Positions 40,498 through 50,405 of a stretch of DNA of 64,000 nt are shown here, piece after piece. Source of the stretch: a virus; UHGV virus genome UHGV-0122002. One strand, 5' to 3'. The translations under genes were made by a program, and so were the position numbers. The notes below the pieces were generated by a model. It was not told the DNA's origin and made no database searches. It was given only the letters and a program-made list of their open reading frames with translations. The stretch's first letter is position 1. Each line of letters starts with the position of its first letter.

Positions 40498-41385
40498 TCA
40501 TTGATTCACCTCCTGCGGCGGTTCTGGTAGCGGCATCCAGAACAAGGCGTTCCCTAACCACGATAAAGTGCCGTCGCTCAACTCCACGTATTCCCCTTGC
40601 ACCTGGCCTGCCATATACTCGCCGTGCTTTGAATAAATTAAAATCCAATCATCTTGAGCGGGCATTCGCTCACTACAGCTTATCCAACTATCCGGAGTTA
40701 CCGGAGAGTTGCCAGCCAGTCTACGCAAAACAGCCTTAACAGCCTCAATACGGTCATCATCGCAATTTTCCAGCGTATCTATGCGGTCGAGCATGATGAT
40801 GGCGTTATCAATATCAGGATTGCCAGTCCACTCATTACCGCGATTGGATTCGGCAGCCTGGTTGCCAGATGCTGGCTGATTGTCGGCTTGGCTATAGCTA
40901 ACAGCACGGCAGGCATCCTCTACGTTCTTCACTGCATCTGCGCAGTAGTTATAGCGATTGCATTCCACTAACTTCTGCTTGAGATTTTCAATTGCTTGCG
41001 CGACATCAGCCTGTATTGGCGGAACGGCTGTTTGCTCTCGAACGTCATTAGTCGCTATCGGTTCTGCTGCCAACTGACTGGCATATTTGTTAATGGTAAC
41101 GATAAGCTCTTGCTCGGCCTCATCCAGACAATCACCGATACCTCGCCTGTCACCGTCAAAATCATCGAAATCGGCACGAATCCTGGCAACCTCCCGGATT
41201 GCGGACAACACTTCACCAGGAATAAGCGGAGAGTTGCCCGATAGTACATTCTGCTCCAGCGATGCCAGAGCAATTCGTGCCAGTTCTTCCGCTTCTTCTG
41301 CTGGCAGTACAACGTTGCTACCAGGTCCGTATGTTTCGCGCCACTGCTTGATTGTCAGTAGTCGCTCTTTGGTTATAGTGGTCAT
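40498..41385 (-). CDS. Hypothetical protein with DUF551-like C-terminus
   Basis: 295 aa; C-terminal SWISCSERMP...DDWILIY...WMPLPEPP pattern seen in Ea22/Ead-like phage proteins. Confidence 0.5.
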   Translation of the reverse strand: MTTITKERLLTIKQWRETYGPGSNVVLPAEEAEELARIALASLEQNVLSGNSPLIPGEVLSAIREVARIRADFDDFDGDRRGIGDCLDEAEQELIVTINKYASQLAAEPIATNDVREQTAVPPIQADVAQAIENLKQKLVECNRYNYCADAVKNVEDACRAVSYSQADNQPASGNQAAESNRGNEWTGNPDIDNAIIMLDRIDTLENCDDDRIEAVKAVLRRLAGNSPVTPDSWISCSERMPAQDDWILIYSKHGEYMAGQVQGEYVELSDGTLSWLGNALFWMPLPEPPQEVNQ

Positions 41386-41591
41386 TTGTTAACCCTCAAA
41401 ACTTTATGCCCGGGCGCAAAAGCACGCGTTTTGTCTTTGCTTATTCGCCAGCCATCCTTGCGCGCCTCTTTTGCACAGCCAGCCCATGACGTACCTATAT
41501 ACTCACCGAAGTCTGGCACTGGATATACACCTTCCGTGCACTGACGGCAGTCACAATAGAGATGCATTGTGTAACTTGCGGCAATAGCCAT
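41382..41591 (-). CDS. Small Cys-containing protein
   Basis: 69 aa; CDCRQCTEG...C possible zinc ribbon. Confidence 0.4.
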   Translation of the reverse strand: MAIAASYTMHLYCDCRQCTEGVYPVPDFGEYIGTSWAGCAKEARKDGWRISKDKTRAFAPGHKVLRVNK

Positions 41592-41592
41592 A

Positions 41593-42057
41593 TCACCCTC
41601 CTTTACCCTGAAGCATGGCGTCGCTCCGCTCTATACCATCCAGCGCGATTCGCAGTGCCTGAATTGTGGTAGTGCTATCGTTTGGGGCTATTCCATATCG
41701 CTCGAATACAGCTAAATGGTTGCGCATAATCTCAGGCGTAAGCTCTTTGTAAGCATAAGCAAGAGGCTCTGATGCATTATCCGGCACAACCGACGCAGGC
41801 GCGGCAGCATAAACAGGAATAACGTCCGCTTGCTCTTTATTGCTTTCATCCGTTAAAGCCCAGAATAATTTCCCGGCCGGATGTTTGAAAATATAAGCAA
41901 CTGGTTCTGCACTATCAGCTTCGCGCCGCTTCTGTAGCTCTGCTGCCATTGCTCTCACGACTTCAACTGGTGCCCTTGCGGCAAACTCTATGTTGGTGAT
42001 CAGCTCATTAAGATATTGCTCGCTGGGATACTGTTTCTTATTGGTAATAGTGGTCAT
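41593..42057 (-). CDS. Hypothetical protein
   Basis: 154 aa ORF. Confidence 0.5.
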   Translation of the reverse strand: MTTITNKKQYPSEQYLNELITNIEFAARAPVEVVRAMAAELQKRREADSAEPVAYIFKHPAGKLFWALTDESNKEQADVIPVYAAAPASVVPDNASEPLAYAYKELTPEIMRNHLAVFERYGIAPNDSTTTIQALRIALDGIERSDAMLQGKGG

Positions 42058-42641
42058 GCCGCGTTTCCTTCTTTCTTATTAACAATTACACCGTCATATA
42101 TTTCATTAAGGTGCCCTCTCAACTCCATGCGCCTTAATGCAGATAACATGTAATCGCATTCAACCTGCTTATTTCCAGTAAATGGCTTATCGTCAGGATT
42201 ACCCCAACAGCAATTACCCTTGGGCCACCCATGTACTTTCCGTACTCTTCCGTTAACAACGTGAAGTAATCCCCAGCCAGGTGGTAAATCCTCAATTGAA
42301 ATAATTCCCGGCTCACTAATAAAGAATCGCCAGTCGCCCATTCCAAGAGACGGATTTTTACGAAAACGCTTTTTTCTATCTGCCAACAAGTCAGCACGAG
42401 AACACTTCGCCTCTATCAGGCATGATGCTGAATTTCTGAATCCCATAGCATCTGGCTGTTCTCCGGTACTGGTTACAGCTATAAAGCGGTCATGAAAACA
42501 AACCTTGAACCCGTTGCGCTTAAGGAACTTGTACGCAATCTGACAGAGTTCGCGGTGTGTTAACGCCATATCACTCTCCTTTAGTGCGCAAGTGGTTTTT
42601 CCAGCGGTTTTGCGCCGCGCTGGGCTTTTTGCAAAAACCAC
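42054..42641 (-). CDS. Hypothetical protein, possible PD-(D/E)xK nuclease fold
   Basis: 195 aa; HDRFIAVTSTGEQPDAMGF...CLIEAKCSRADL resembles D...E.K restriction-endonuclease-like core. Confidence 0.4.
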   Translation of the reverse strand: MVFAKSPARRKTAGKTTCALKESDMALTHRELCQIAYKFLKRNGFKVCFHDRFIAVTSTGEQPDAMGFRNSASCLIEAKCSRADLLADRKKRFRKNPSLGMGDWRFFISEPGIISIEDLPPGWGLLHVVNGRVRKVHGWPKGNCCWGNPDDKPFTGNKQVECDYMLSALRRMELRGHLNEIYDGVIVNKKEGNAA

Positions 42642-42931
42642 AATCCATCATCCCGTAATATTTCATCAACCCCATCCGTCGGTTGCTGAGTCTCACCCAC
42701 TGCCAGACGCCAGGAGCGTTTCTACGAACTAACAGAATCTTTGCTTTACGGTTTTTCATCGCTTTGCTCTCCTGCGTCTCTTTGCTGCTCGTCGTGCCGC
42801 TGCAATACCGGTATGGCGGCGCTTTGGTGCCGGGATGATGTTGTCAGCCATCAGGACATGTGGCTTTGCAATTAGCGCAGAAGCCCAAAAACGAGTCGGG
42901 TACGGTAACAAGCCGATACATGCCACACGCA

Positions 42932-43720
42932 TTACTCACCTCCTTTGATGCGAATGCCTGCGGCGCGGATTGCAGCGATGACTTCAGAAACTTTGTATGC
43001 CATTACCGTTTGGTAATCATCGTGAAAATCTGTTCGATGAAGCATGCTGCTACGTTCCGGGAGCGATATTTCCCGAGCATCCAGTTCCTTAACGCGTTCC
43101 TCCAGTTCGTAGACCCTGCATTGTTCTCTATCATCAATCAGATATAACCCAAGACATTCGCTTTCTACCCAACCGCCAAAATCATGATCGTAACGCTCAC
43201 ATGAAAACTCACCGTCACCGTCCTTTGTTGGAATGGTGTAACTATCTAATGGGCCACCATATGTCGGCACATTTCCCAATGTTGGATGCTCAATCCACAT
43301 GAAAAATGCACGTCCGGTTATTGGGCAAATATCTGGCCGCCATTGGTTACGAACAGCCTTGGTTTCGGATAATTCTTCAGCGTGTTGTTTTACTTCCTCA
43401 AGCTCAACTCTCAGCTTCCCTACCGTTAGCGCAATATCCTCGTTCTCCTGATCGCGGCGTTTTATGTATTGCTGGTTTCTTTCCCGTTCATCCAGTAGTG
43501 CCAAAGCAACCTTTGGGTTGAACGCGGCAACATAACGAGCGTTGTTCTCTGCATTTTTCTGTCCATCAAAGCCGGTCCATTTGATAACGTCTTCACATCG
43601 TTCATCACCGGGCGTGTGCACCGCATAAGTACCAGTATCCGTCGAAATAAATGCGACCCATTCGTCTGGTGTTGCCTTTTCTGCTATCTCACGCAGCGCC
43701 TGATAGTCAATCTTGCTCAC
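42932..43720 (-). CDS. Hypothetical protein, paralog A (shared N-terminal domain)
   Basis: 262 aa; N-terminal ~85 aa MSKIDYQALREIAEKATPDEWVAFISTDTGTYAVHTPGDERC... nearly identical to neighbour. Confidence 0.6.
   Translation of the reverse strand: MSKIDYQALREIAEKATPDEWVAFISTDTGTYAVHTPGDERCEDVIKWTGFDGQKNAENNARYVAAFNPKVALALLDERERNQQYIKRRDQENEDIALTVGKLRVELEEVKQHAEELSETKAVRNQWRPDICPITGRAFFMWIEHPTLGNVPTYGGPLDSYTIPTKDGDGEFSCERYDHDFGGWVESECLGLYLIDDREQCRVYELEERVKELDAREISLPERSSMLHRTDFHDDYQTVMAYKVSEVIAAIRAAGIRIKGGE
43505..43715. repeat. Direct repeat copy 1 (5' coding region of paralog A)
   Basis: ~210 bp, ~88% identical to 44231-44440, e.g. GCAACCTTTGGGTTGAACGCGGCAACATAACGAGCGTT in both. Confidence 0.8.
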
Positions 43721-44451
43721 TGGTCGCCTCCTTTGCGAAGCTGTTCAGCAATACTTACGCATATCTCTGCGCCTCTAATCAGCCCCGGAACGTTCTTGTT
43801 TGGCCCCACTTCACCATCAACAAAATCAATCATCGCGTTACGAGCCATATCTACCCCCTGCGCCCGCACTTCAGCCAGGCATTTGCGAAACTCGGAAACG
43901 TACTGTTCGACGCTCATTCCCCAGCTAAGTGGACATTCATTGAATGTTTCGCCTTCGTGCTCTTCATCAGGTAGCTCTTTGGTAAAGAACTCACGCTCAA
44001 TGGCGTGGAGTGTGTCAGCAAAACGACGTAAGTTACTCAAACCTACCGTAATGGAGAATTCAGGAGCATCACATCCGACGCCCATCTGCTGATAAACGGC
44101 GGTTTTGAAGGCCTTAAGCCCCGCATTCTCCGCCACCAGCGCCGCGAGATTAGTCTCAAGCTCTGCAATTCGACACATAGCATCAATATTTGTGTCCTCC
44201 AGGCGCTTAATTTCACCAAGCAGCTCCAGTGCAACCTTTGGGTTGAACGCGGCAACATAACGAGCGTTATTCTCTGCGTTTTCCTGTCCATCAAAGCCGG
44301 GCCATTTGATAACGTCTCCACATCGTTTATCACCGGGTGTATGCACCGCATATGTACCAGTACCCGGCGAAATAAATGCGACCCATTCGTCTGGTGTTGC
44401 CTTTTCTGCCGCCTCACGCAGTACCTGATAGTCAATTGTCATTCTCGCCAT
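43717..44451 (-). CDS. Hypothetical protein, paralog B (shared N-terminal domain)
   Basis: 244 aa; N-terminal MARMTIDYQVLREAAEKATPDEWVAFISPGTGTYAVHTPGDKRC...; divergent C-terminus. Confidence 0.6.
   Translation of the reverse strand: MARMTIDYQVLREAAEKATPDEWVAFISPGTGTYAVHTPGDKRCGDVIKWPGFDGQENAENNARYVAAFNPKVALELLGEIKRLEDTNIDAMCRIAELETNLAALVAENAGLKAFKTAVYQQMGVGCDAPEFSITVGLSNLRRFADTLHAIEREFFTKELPDEEHEGETFNECPLSWGMSVEQYVSEFRKCLAEVRAQGVDMARNAMIDFVDGEVGPNKNVPGLIRGAEICVSIAEQLRKGGDQ
44231..44440. repeat. Direct repeat copy 2 (5' coding region of paralog B)
   Basis: Matches 43505-43715. Confidence 0.8.
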
Positions 44452-45083
44452 CCTTCACAGTTGTAATCACGACAGCCTTCAAAATCATATGGGCTGTACT
44501 GCCAGGTGATTTTTCCGCAATGCGGACAATTCCAACGCACCTTCCCGCTTCGCGACTTCTTTCTTCTGTTCTGCTTTTTCAACCAGTCAGGCATGACCAA
44601 ACCTGCGCCCTGAACCATTGTTCTGCGGTTAAATTTATTGATATTGAACGTCCGGCGCTTTGCTGCATCAGCAATGGAAAATGGCAACCAAACTATTCCT
44701 GGTTCGTTTTTGTTGGCGACGCTAAAGATGGTCGCTTTACTGAAGTCATCTGTTGGCAATCCACCGTGTTGAAGCCAGTAAACATCGTTGCCGTTCCAGC
44801 TACCTTTTTTGTAGGCCACATACGCAGTGCAATCTGACTCAATCAGGCTTTCTGTAGGGATGTACTGGCAATCAACGTGCCACACTGCCATTGCATCCAC
44901 GCTATCCGCGCAAACAGGCTGATCGATATCTCGCCCACAATTCCAGGCTTTTTGGGCTTCTTCCAGCGTGTAAACATGAGCGCGATCGATATCAGAACTG
45001 TAACCATTGCCGTTATGGCAATGGAATGAGGCGTTATTACCCACAGTTTCACGCAAGCACATCAGGTAAAAGCGGTTATTCAC
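44439..45083 (-). CDS. Hypothetical Cys-rich protein
   Basis: 214 aa; several Cys/His clusters (CHNGNGYS, CPHCGK). Confidence 0.5.
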   Translation of the reverse strand: MNNRFYLMCLRETVGNNASFHCHNGNGYSSDIDRAHVYTLEEAQKAWNCGRDIDQPVCADSVDAMAVWHVDCQYIPTESLIESDCTAYVAYKKGSWNGNDVYWLQHGGLPTDDFSKATIFSVANKNEPGIVWLPFSIADAAKRRTFNINKFNRRTMVQGAGLVMPDWLKKQNRRKKSRSGKVRWNCPHCGKITWQYSPYDFEGCRDYNCEGWRE

Positions 45084-45360
45084 TGGTTGCCTCCGCTTCC
45101 CACGTTTTCAGACTTTCACCACAGAACGGGCAAAATGAAACTCGAATAGGCGATTTAGAAAATTCACCAGACCGCAGCATGATCAGGTCTTGTGAATGAA
45201 TTAATGCATGGTTATAGATTTTGTATTTCAGCAGACCTTTTCGCGTCGTGTATTCAGCGTCATGCTCCAGGGATTGCGTCAACGCCGCGCACGGTTCTAT
45301 CTTGTTGCCATTAATTTGGCATTTTGACTCACTCACTGGTTGCCCCCTGAATACGCTCAA
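45076..45360 (-). CDS. Small zinc-ribbon-like protein
   Basis: 94 aa; CPFCGESL near C-terminus. Confidence 0.4.
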   Translation of the reverse strand: MSVFRGQPVSESKCQINGNKIEPCAALTQSLEHDAEYTTRKGLLKYKIYNHALIHSQDLIMLRSGEFSKSPIRVSFCPFCGESLKTWEAEATSE

Positions 45361-46069
45361 ACTCGATTACCCACACCCAGGGATTAGCGTTCCAGCATTC
45401 TTCACCATAGATGGATTCCCACAGGCGCTGGAACGCAACCTTGGCCATTGCGAAATCTCCCTTGGGAGTTAGGAATGTTCCCGGGTGATCAGGAAGCAAA
45501 CTTCCAGCAGGCTGAACGCCCTCATCCCTTGCATCGCATTCGCTGATATCGTTCAACCGCTCAACGCGCACGTTGGTAATTTCCAACAGGATGCGTGATG
45601 CCCATCGCGGCATGTGAATTGATGGACGCCACCCACCATCAAACTTTTCATTCACAGTGTGAGGTTTCCAGTCGGCATCATCGGGTATCGACCATAAACC
45701 GTAATCACCAGGTTTTTGCTCACAACTGGCCCGATAAATCCTTGCTGCGTTCTTCTCATCGCCACGACAAAGGTTGTCGTTCCAGTCCACACTGCAACCA
45801 TCTTCATTGCCTAATATCGCCCATGTTTCACGAACCCAAATTCGATCGCCGACGATACCAAAGGGGCAATTGAAAACACTGCTTACACCATCAGCCCCGT
45901 ACCACTGAAAACCTGCACCAATTTCCCTAACCATCACTGGTGCTTCTGGACCAACTTCCGCAGGCTGATTTTTCATTATCCGCCGCGTCTGCGTTTTCCT
46001 TCCTTCGAGGATGGCTCGGACCATCTCATCGTTGAAAATCATGCCGCGCTCTTTCACTTCGCCTTTCAT
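45329..46069 (-). CDS. Hypothetical protein with ASCH/PUA-like N-terminus
   Basis: 246 aa; N-terminal MIFNDEMVRAILEGRKTQTRR pattern typical of ASCH-domain proteins. Confidence 0.45.
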   Translation of the reverse strand: MKGEVKERGMIFNDEMVRAILEGRKTQTRRIMKNQPAEVGPEAPVMVREIGAGFQWYGADGVSSVFNCPFGIVGDRIWVRETWAILGNEDGCSVDWNDNLCRGDEKNAARIYRASCEQKPGDYGLWSIPDDADWKPHTVNEKFDGGWRPSIHMPRWASRILLEITNVRVERLNDISECDARDEGVQPAGSLLPDHPGTFLTPKGDFAMAKVAFQRLWESIYGEECWNANPWVWVIEFERIQGATSE

Positions 46070-46247
46070 GCATCCCCCTTACCCATGCGCGACGATGCCG
46101 CCAAAAGTGATAGAGAACAGCCAGAAATAAATCGCGGCCATAATGATTTTGAATGCCGTGTTCATATTTTCAGCTCCTGTGATTGATTGGATACATGCCG
46201 CGCCTTACGGCATGTTTTTATTTTCACTTTCTCTGTTTTAAAAATCA

Positions 46248-46264
46248 AGATTTATTAGAGCAAT
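46248..46264 (-). promoter_or_regulatory. C1 operator upstream of the 45329-46069 operon
   Basis: AGATTTATTAGAGCAAT, one mismatch. Confidence 0.6.
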
Positions 46265-46770
46265 TATTGTTGATGGAGAAGCGCGTTTTCATACTCCCTG
46301 ACCATTAACGTAAGTACGCCGTGACTCCTGAAAACACGCGCCACTTCAATCTTATCTTCCAGCGCGAACGCAATTTTACTTAGACCAATTTTCTTCAGGA
46401 GATCAATCTTTGCTGGACCGTCATTTCTGTCATCGGTGGCAGGACGCATAGATAGCAAAGGCTCCGCCCCATTTGTTACGTGCTTACGCAACCAGGCTCG
46501 TGTTTTATCCCTGGCTATCTCACAGCGCCCGGTTACAAACCAGAGGGTGTAAATGCCGGACAACTGGCGCACCATATCAATAACTGGAGTGATGGGAGCA
46601 TCAGTGTCACAGGCAAGGTTAAACTCGTTCCAGTGCTCTGTTAATGCACCTTTGCCAGGTGGTGGAAGTAAATGCAGCCTGTCTTCCGTTGCCTCTGATA
46701 TCGTCCCATCAATATCTACTATGACGATGTACGGACGTTCCTGGTGTGCGTGTTTATTGAAAATACTCAA
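46264..46770 (-). CDS. HAD-superfamily phosphatase-like protein
   Basis: 168 aa; IVIVDIDGTISE motif I (DxDGT) at N-terminus. Confidence 0.55.
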   Translation of the reverse strand: MSIFNKHAHQERPYIVIVDIDGTISEATEDRLHLLPPPGKGALTEHWNEFNLACDTDAPITPVIDMVRQLSGIYTLWFVTGRCEIARDKTRAWLRKHVTNGAEPLLSMRPATDDRNDGPAKIDLLKKIGLSKIAFALEDKIEVARVFRSHGVLTLMVREYENALLHQQ

Positions 46771-46842
46771 ATGCCCTCCTCATTGGACGAAAAAAATGCT
46801 GGTGGGAGCACTCCACCAGCATTAAAAGTGACACTGTAACTA

Positions 46843-48105
46843 TCAGCGAACGTAAATAGTGCCGCCGTTCTCTTTTTCCCATGCATCGCTACGTGCATAG
46901 CAAACATCGAGAAGTCTTCTTGCCGCAGTTTCCTCTAAACCCAATTCGACAACCAACTGCTCATGACGGCGGGTAACCACATCAAACAGGGTATGCAGCC
47001 CTTTAGTTGCCAGATCATCAATGAATTCCGGTTCGAACGGCAGCTCTGCATCTGCCAACATAACCTCTTGCGCCCACTCAACTCGACGGACCAATTCCGG
47101 GCGACGGCTTTCCATCTCTTTACAGATCAATTCATGGAAGAACTCTACCCAACCTTCCGGCTGGAACTCGCGGAAAATTGCCAACGGCTGGAAGTTTGGC
47201 ATCAACCATTCGTTGATTCGGATATCAATGGCATAGCCCATGTCGCAGCAGAACTGATAAGCAAAGTCCAGCTTAGAAACGATATAAGGACGCTCGTTAT
47301 TGAACTCTTTAGGCGATGAGATCCCATAAGCCAGGAGGCGCGGGAAGAAGGAGATTTGCCCTAACGTCGGATGAAGTTTGCTTGCAGGGAAACGGCGCTC
47401 AGTAATGCCATACATTTCCTTCTTGAGCGTCGCAAATTTGGCATTCTCATTAACCAGCGCGGTAACCTCTGCTTTTTTATTAGCAAATGCCACGCGCGCC
47501 TCGCTTGCATCTTTAATAGTTTTTTTGAGCTGTTGGTTAAGGTCGGCGACCTGCTTACGCAGTTCCTGTCGCTCGCTTTTAGCTTTGTTATAGCGTTTCT
47601 CAAGGTTAAAAGGATCAAGTTTCATGATCTCTTTATATTGAGATTTTAGCGTTGAAATCTGTGAGTTCCGCAGTTCAACCATCGCGGTCATTTCATTGAG
47701 TTTTGTTTCCAGCTCAATGCTTATACGTTCGGCATTATCAGCACGCTGGTTGGCGTCATGCGTCGCATCGTCGATCGCGTCCTGTTGCTGGCGTTTCAAA
47801 TGTTCAATTTCCAGCTGAAGCTCTTCAATTTCTTTACCCTTCAGACCGAGATCCAACTGCATATTTTCAGCTGCATCTACCAGGGAATTATGGCTATCAG
47901 CTTCTGCGTTATAAACATCAATAAGCTGTGCGTGAAGCATCTCCGCTGACTGAACCGCATTATCAAAAAAACGTGCTGTGAGGTCATCACAACTAACGCG
48001 GCGTTGCGCGGCCCGGATGTTCTGGATAATGGCCGGGATACCGGCATTCAGGACATCAGGGATACATACATTTTCGATTGATTGGTTTTGTGCTGAAGTG
48101 CTCAT
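46843..48105 (-). CDS. Hypothetical coiled-coil protein
   Basis: 420 aa with long heptad-rich central region. Confidence 0.55.
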   Translation of the reverse strand: MSTSAQNQSIENVCIPDVLNAGIPAIIQNIRAAQRRVSCDDLTARFFDNAVQSAEMLHAQLIDVYNAEADSHNSLVDAAENMQLDLGLKGKEIEELQLEIEHLKRQQQDAIDDATHDANQRADNAERISIELETKLNEMTAMVELRNSQISTLKSQYKEIMKLDPFNLEKRYNKAKSERQELRKQVADLNQQLKKTIKDASEARVAFANKKAEVTALVNENAKFATLKKEMYGITERRFPASKLHPTLGQISFFPRLLAYGISSPKEFNNERPYIVSKLDFAYQFCCDMGYAIDIRINEWLMPNFQPLAIFREFQPEGWVEFFHELICKEMESRRPELVRRVEWAQEVMLADAELPFEPEFIDDLATKGLHTLFDVVTRRHEQLVVELGLEETAARRLLDVCYARSDAWEKENGGTIYVR

Positions 48106-48106
48106 T

Positions 48107-48325
48107 TCAAAGTTCCGTATTAGCTTGTGCTTCGGTCATTTTTCCTAAGTATGAAGGAGGAAGGACTACGCAATTTGTATCCAGTCCCTCACCTATGGCA
48201 GCCTGTAAAATTCTGGCTAAGGTGAGTCTCTTGTTGCGATACCTGGTGATGACATGCCTGATACCGCCGGTCGGCGTAACAAAGGCGATCAGCCAGTAGT
48301 GATATTTCCGTCGGAATGGCCACAT
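48107..48325 (-). CDS. Small hypothetical protein
   Basis: 72 aa, first ORF after operator pair. Confidence 0.35.
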   Translation of the reverse strand: MWPFRRKYHYWLIAFVTPTGGIRHVITRYRNKRLTLARILQAAIGEGLDTNCVVLPPSYLGKMTEAQANTEL

Positions 48326-48339
48326 AGTGCACCTTGTAG

Positions 48340-48356
48340 ATTGCTCTAATAAAAAA
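48340..48356 (+). promoter_or_regulatory. C1 operator-like site
   Basis: ATTGCTCTAATAAAAAA (14 of 17). Confidence 0.5.
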
Positions 48357-48388
48357 CGTGATGAGTGTACATCACGTTTTAAAAATAT

Positions 48389-48405
48389 GGAATTATTAGA
48401 GCAAT
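48389..48405 (-). promoter_or_regulatory. C1 operator-like site
   Basis: GGAATTATTAGAGCAAT. Confidence 0.5.
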
Positions 48406-48406
48406 A

Positions 48407-49108
48407 TTATTCTGATTCTCGCTCAAAAAATGAGCTGATAAGGGGAAGCCAATCCTCTGACACTTCGCGAGGTCGCGGTTTGCCGTGGAAAAAGATTATT
48501 CGGCAGTCTTTTGGTAATGCCCCATTCCCCCTGGAGTAACGCGCGCTCGCATATTTTGAACCAGGTTCCACAACATCGGCCTTGTAACTTACAAACCATC
48601 CTGGATACAGATCCTGAAATGCTGGTGTATCATCGCCCATAACCTTTCGTAAGAACCCCTGGTCACCCCAACACTCAGTAGTGACACAACGAGAAATCCA
48701 ACCTTCCGGATCTTGCCAGAATGAACTCCAGATATGCGCTTTAACACTATTTGGTATCCACAGGGCACCGCTGCCACGATATTGTGGATGGTAAAAATCC
48801 CTAAGCATGGTGAAGCTGGTTGGTGGATGCTCTAGGATTGGGCGTATATCACCGGCAATAACCGTGTCCAAATCCAGATAGAACAGATCATCGGTTATAT
48901 CCGGTCGGAACAACTCGATTTTCGCCCACCAGCCACGGCACTTTTGCCACTGGTTGATCAATGGGACAACTTTGACGCCAGGTACATGTAAACGCTTCAG
49001 GTCTGTCAGGCAAATAATTTCATAGCCTTTTGGCAGTTGATTAACCAGCCACTGCACATCGGAAGCGTTATAGTCACCACCAGAGCGAAAAACTAAAGCA
49101 ATCTTCAT
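48407..49108 (-). CDS. Hypothetical protein, possible nucleotide-sugar transferase (DxD-like motif)
   Basis: 233 aa; [12 protein letters not shown] resembles glycosyltransferase DxD motif; weak. Confidence 0.4.
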   Translation of the reverse strand: MKIALVFRSGGDYNASDVQWLVNQLPKGYEIICLTDLKRLHVPGVKVVPLINQWQKCRGWWAKIELFRPDITDDLFYLDLDTVIAGDIRPILEHPPTSFTMLRDFYHPQYRGSGALWIPNSVKAHIWSSFWQDPEGWISRCVTTECWGDQGFLRKVMGDDTPAFQDLYPGWFVSYKADVVEPGSKYASARYSRGNGALPKDCRIIFFHGKPRPREVSEDWLPLISSFFERESE

Positions 49109-49797
49109 GCTGCACCATCACCTTTCACTTTCATCAATGTCAGGTTTCCGCAAAATACGGCACCAGTGTCGATATACTGCTGATTCCAGAATGTCTTCGG
49201 GCTTTTCACCGGAGTGTGACCAAAGATAAAACGATCTGCGCCCGAAATTTCGCCACCAATATCATCCATCGAATCACTGATACGCTCGCGCGCCCAGACA
49301 ACGTTGAAAAGCGGCACCTCCTTACCGAATTGGTATTCATTATCCGGATAGTCGGCATGGGCTATAACGATAGTTTCTTGCCCGGTGTTCAACTCAATGA
49401 TATAGGGCAGACGCTTTACCAGCTCCACCAGCGCCCAGGCTAATATTTCCTGATCAGTGTCCAGCATGAAGAACCATTGTCCGCCATTCATTAGCCAGTT
49501 ATTCACGTTGCCATCTGGACTTAACGCATCAATCATCAGCCGCTCATGGTTCCCCATCACTGCCCTGAACCAGGGCATCTGCAATAGTTCCAGACATTCG
49601 ACATTTTCAGTACCGCGATCGATAAGGTCGCCGACCGATATCAGTAAATCCTGCGCCGGGTCAAAATCCACACGATGGAGTTCGGGCATCAGTCTGGTGT
49701 AGCAACCATGCAGATCACCAACAACCCAGACATTCCTGTATTTGGTACCGTCGATACGGTGATAAATTGTGGGTGCCATCATGTATTCTTCAGCCAT
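49105..49797 (-). CDS. Ser/Thr protein phosphatase, lambda-PPase (calcineurin-like) family
   Basis: 230 aa; motifs GDLHGC, GDLIDRG, GNHE in canonical order. Confidence 0.85.
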   Translation of the reverse strand: MAEEYMMAPTIYHRIDGTKYRNVWVVGDLHGCYTRLMPELHRVDFDPAQDLLISVGDLIDRGTENVECLELLQMPWFRAVMGNHERLMIDALSPDGNVNNWLMNGGQWFFMLDTDQEILAWALVELVKRLPYIIELNTGQETIVIAHADYPDNEYQFGKEVPLFNVVWARERISDSMDDIGGEISGADRFIFGHTPVKSPKTFWNQQYIDTGAVFCGNLTLMKVKGDGAA

Positions 49798-50405
49798 TCT
49801 TTAAGAGTCATCTGCGGAATACCTCCCATTTTCCCGCATGAAACAACGTCAATCCGTTCACGCGCAGACTGGAATAACAAAGGCAGGTGACTTAGATTTT
49901 TTGGCGTGCCGCCGGAGTGAACGCGTGGTTCTTGTGTAGCGTCAACGCCCACCAGGGCGACATGTTTGAATCCGATATGGAAAGCCAGGTTCAGAGCACC
50001 ATATGCACTATTGCCGCTGGCAATTTCATTCTCATCTTCGCAAAGGCCGAAATGTGCGGACCAGCGCCACGCCCACCACTCGGGAGAATTCGTATTTTTT
50101 GGCTCCATGCCGCGTTCAGCCACACGACGGAAGCACAGAACGCCATCTCTGACTTCACGTTCTTTAACATCGGGTAGTGCCATGCAATAACAAACACCAC
50201 GGCGACGGCGGCCACGACCAACGCGCCGCATATTGTCTGGGGATGGATCAAGGGTGAAAAAATAAGAAGCGCGGTTAAGCCAGTCGATGGCCCCATTGAC
50301 CGCTATAATCGGCACTCCGCGCGGCGCAACAAAGTTTGCGGCGCTTGGGCCACTGCCGACGATAATAACGCGATCACTGCCTCTAAATTTATTCTTGGGA
50401 AACAT
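49779..50405 (-). CDS. Hypothetical protein, GSGPS-motif family (MptE/DUF115-like), paralog 1
   Basis: 208 aa; [10 protein letters not shown]...IIAVNGA...HVALVGVD. Confidence 0.5.
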   Translation of the reverse strand: MFPKNKFRGSDRVIIVGSGPSAANFVAPRGVPIIAVNGAIDWLNRASYFFTLDPSPDNMRRVGRGRRRRGVCYCMALPDVKEREVRDGVLCFRRVAERGMEPKNTNSPEWWAWRWSAHFGLCEDENEIASGNSAYGALNLAFHIGFKHVALVGVDATQEPRVHSGGTPKNLSHLPLLFQSARERIDVVSCGKMGGIPQMTLKEWLKNT

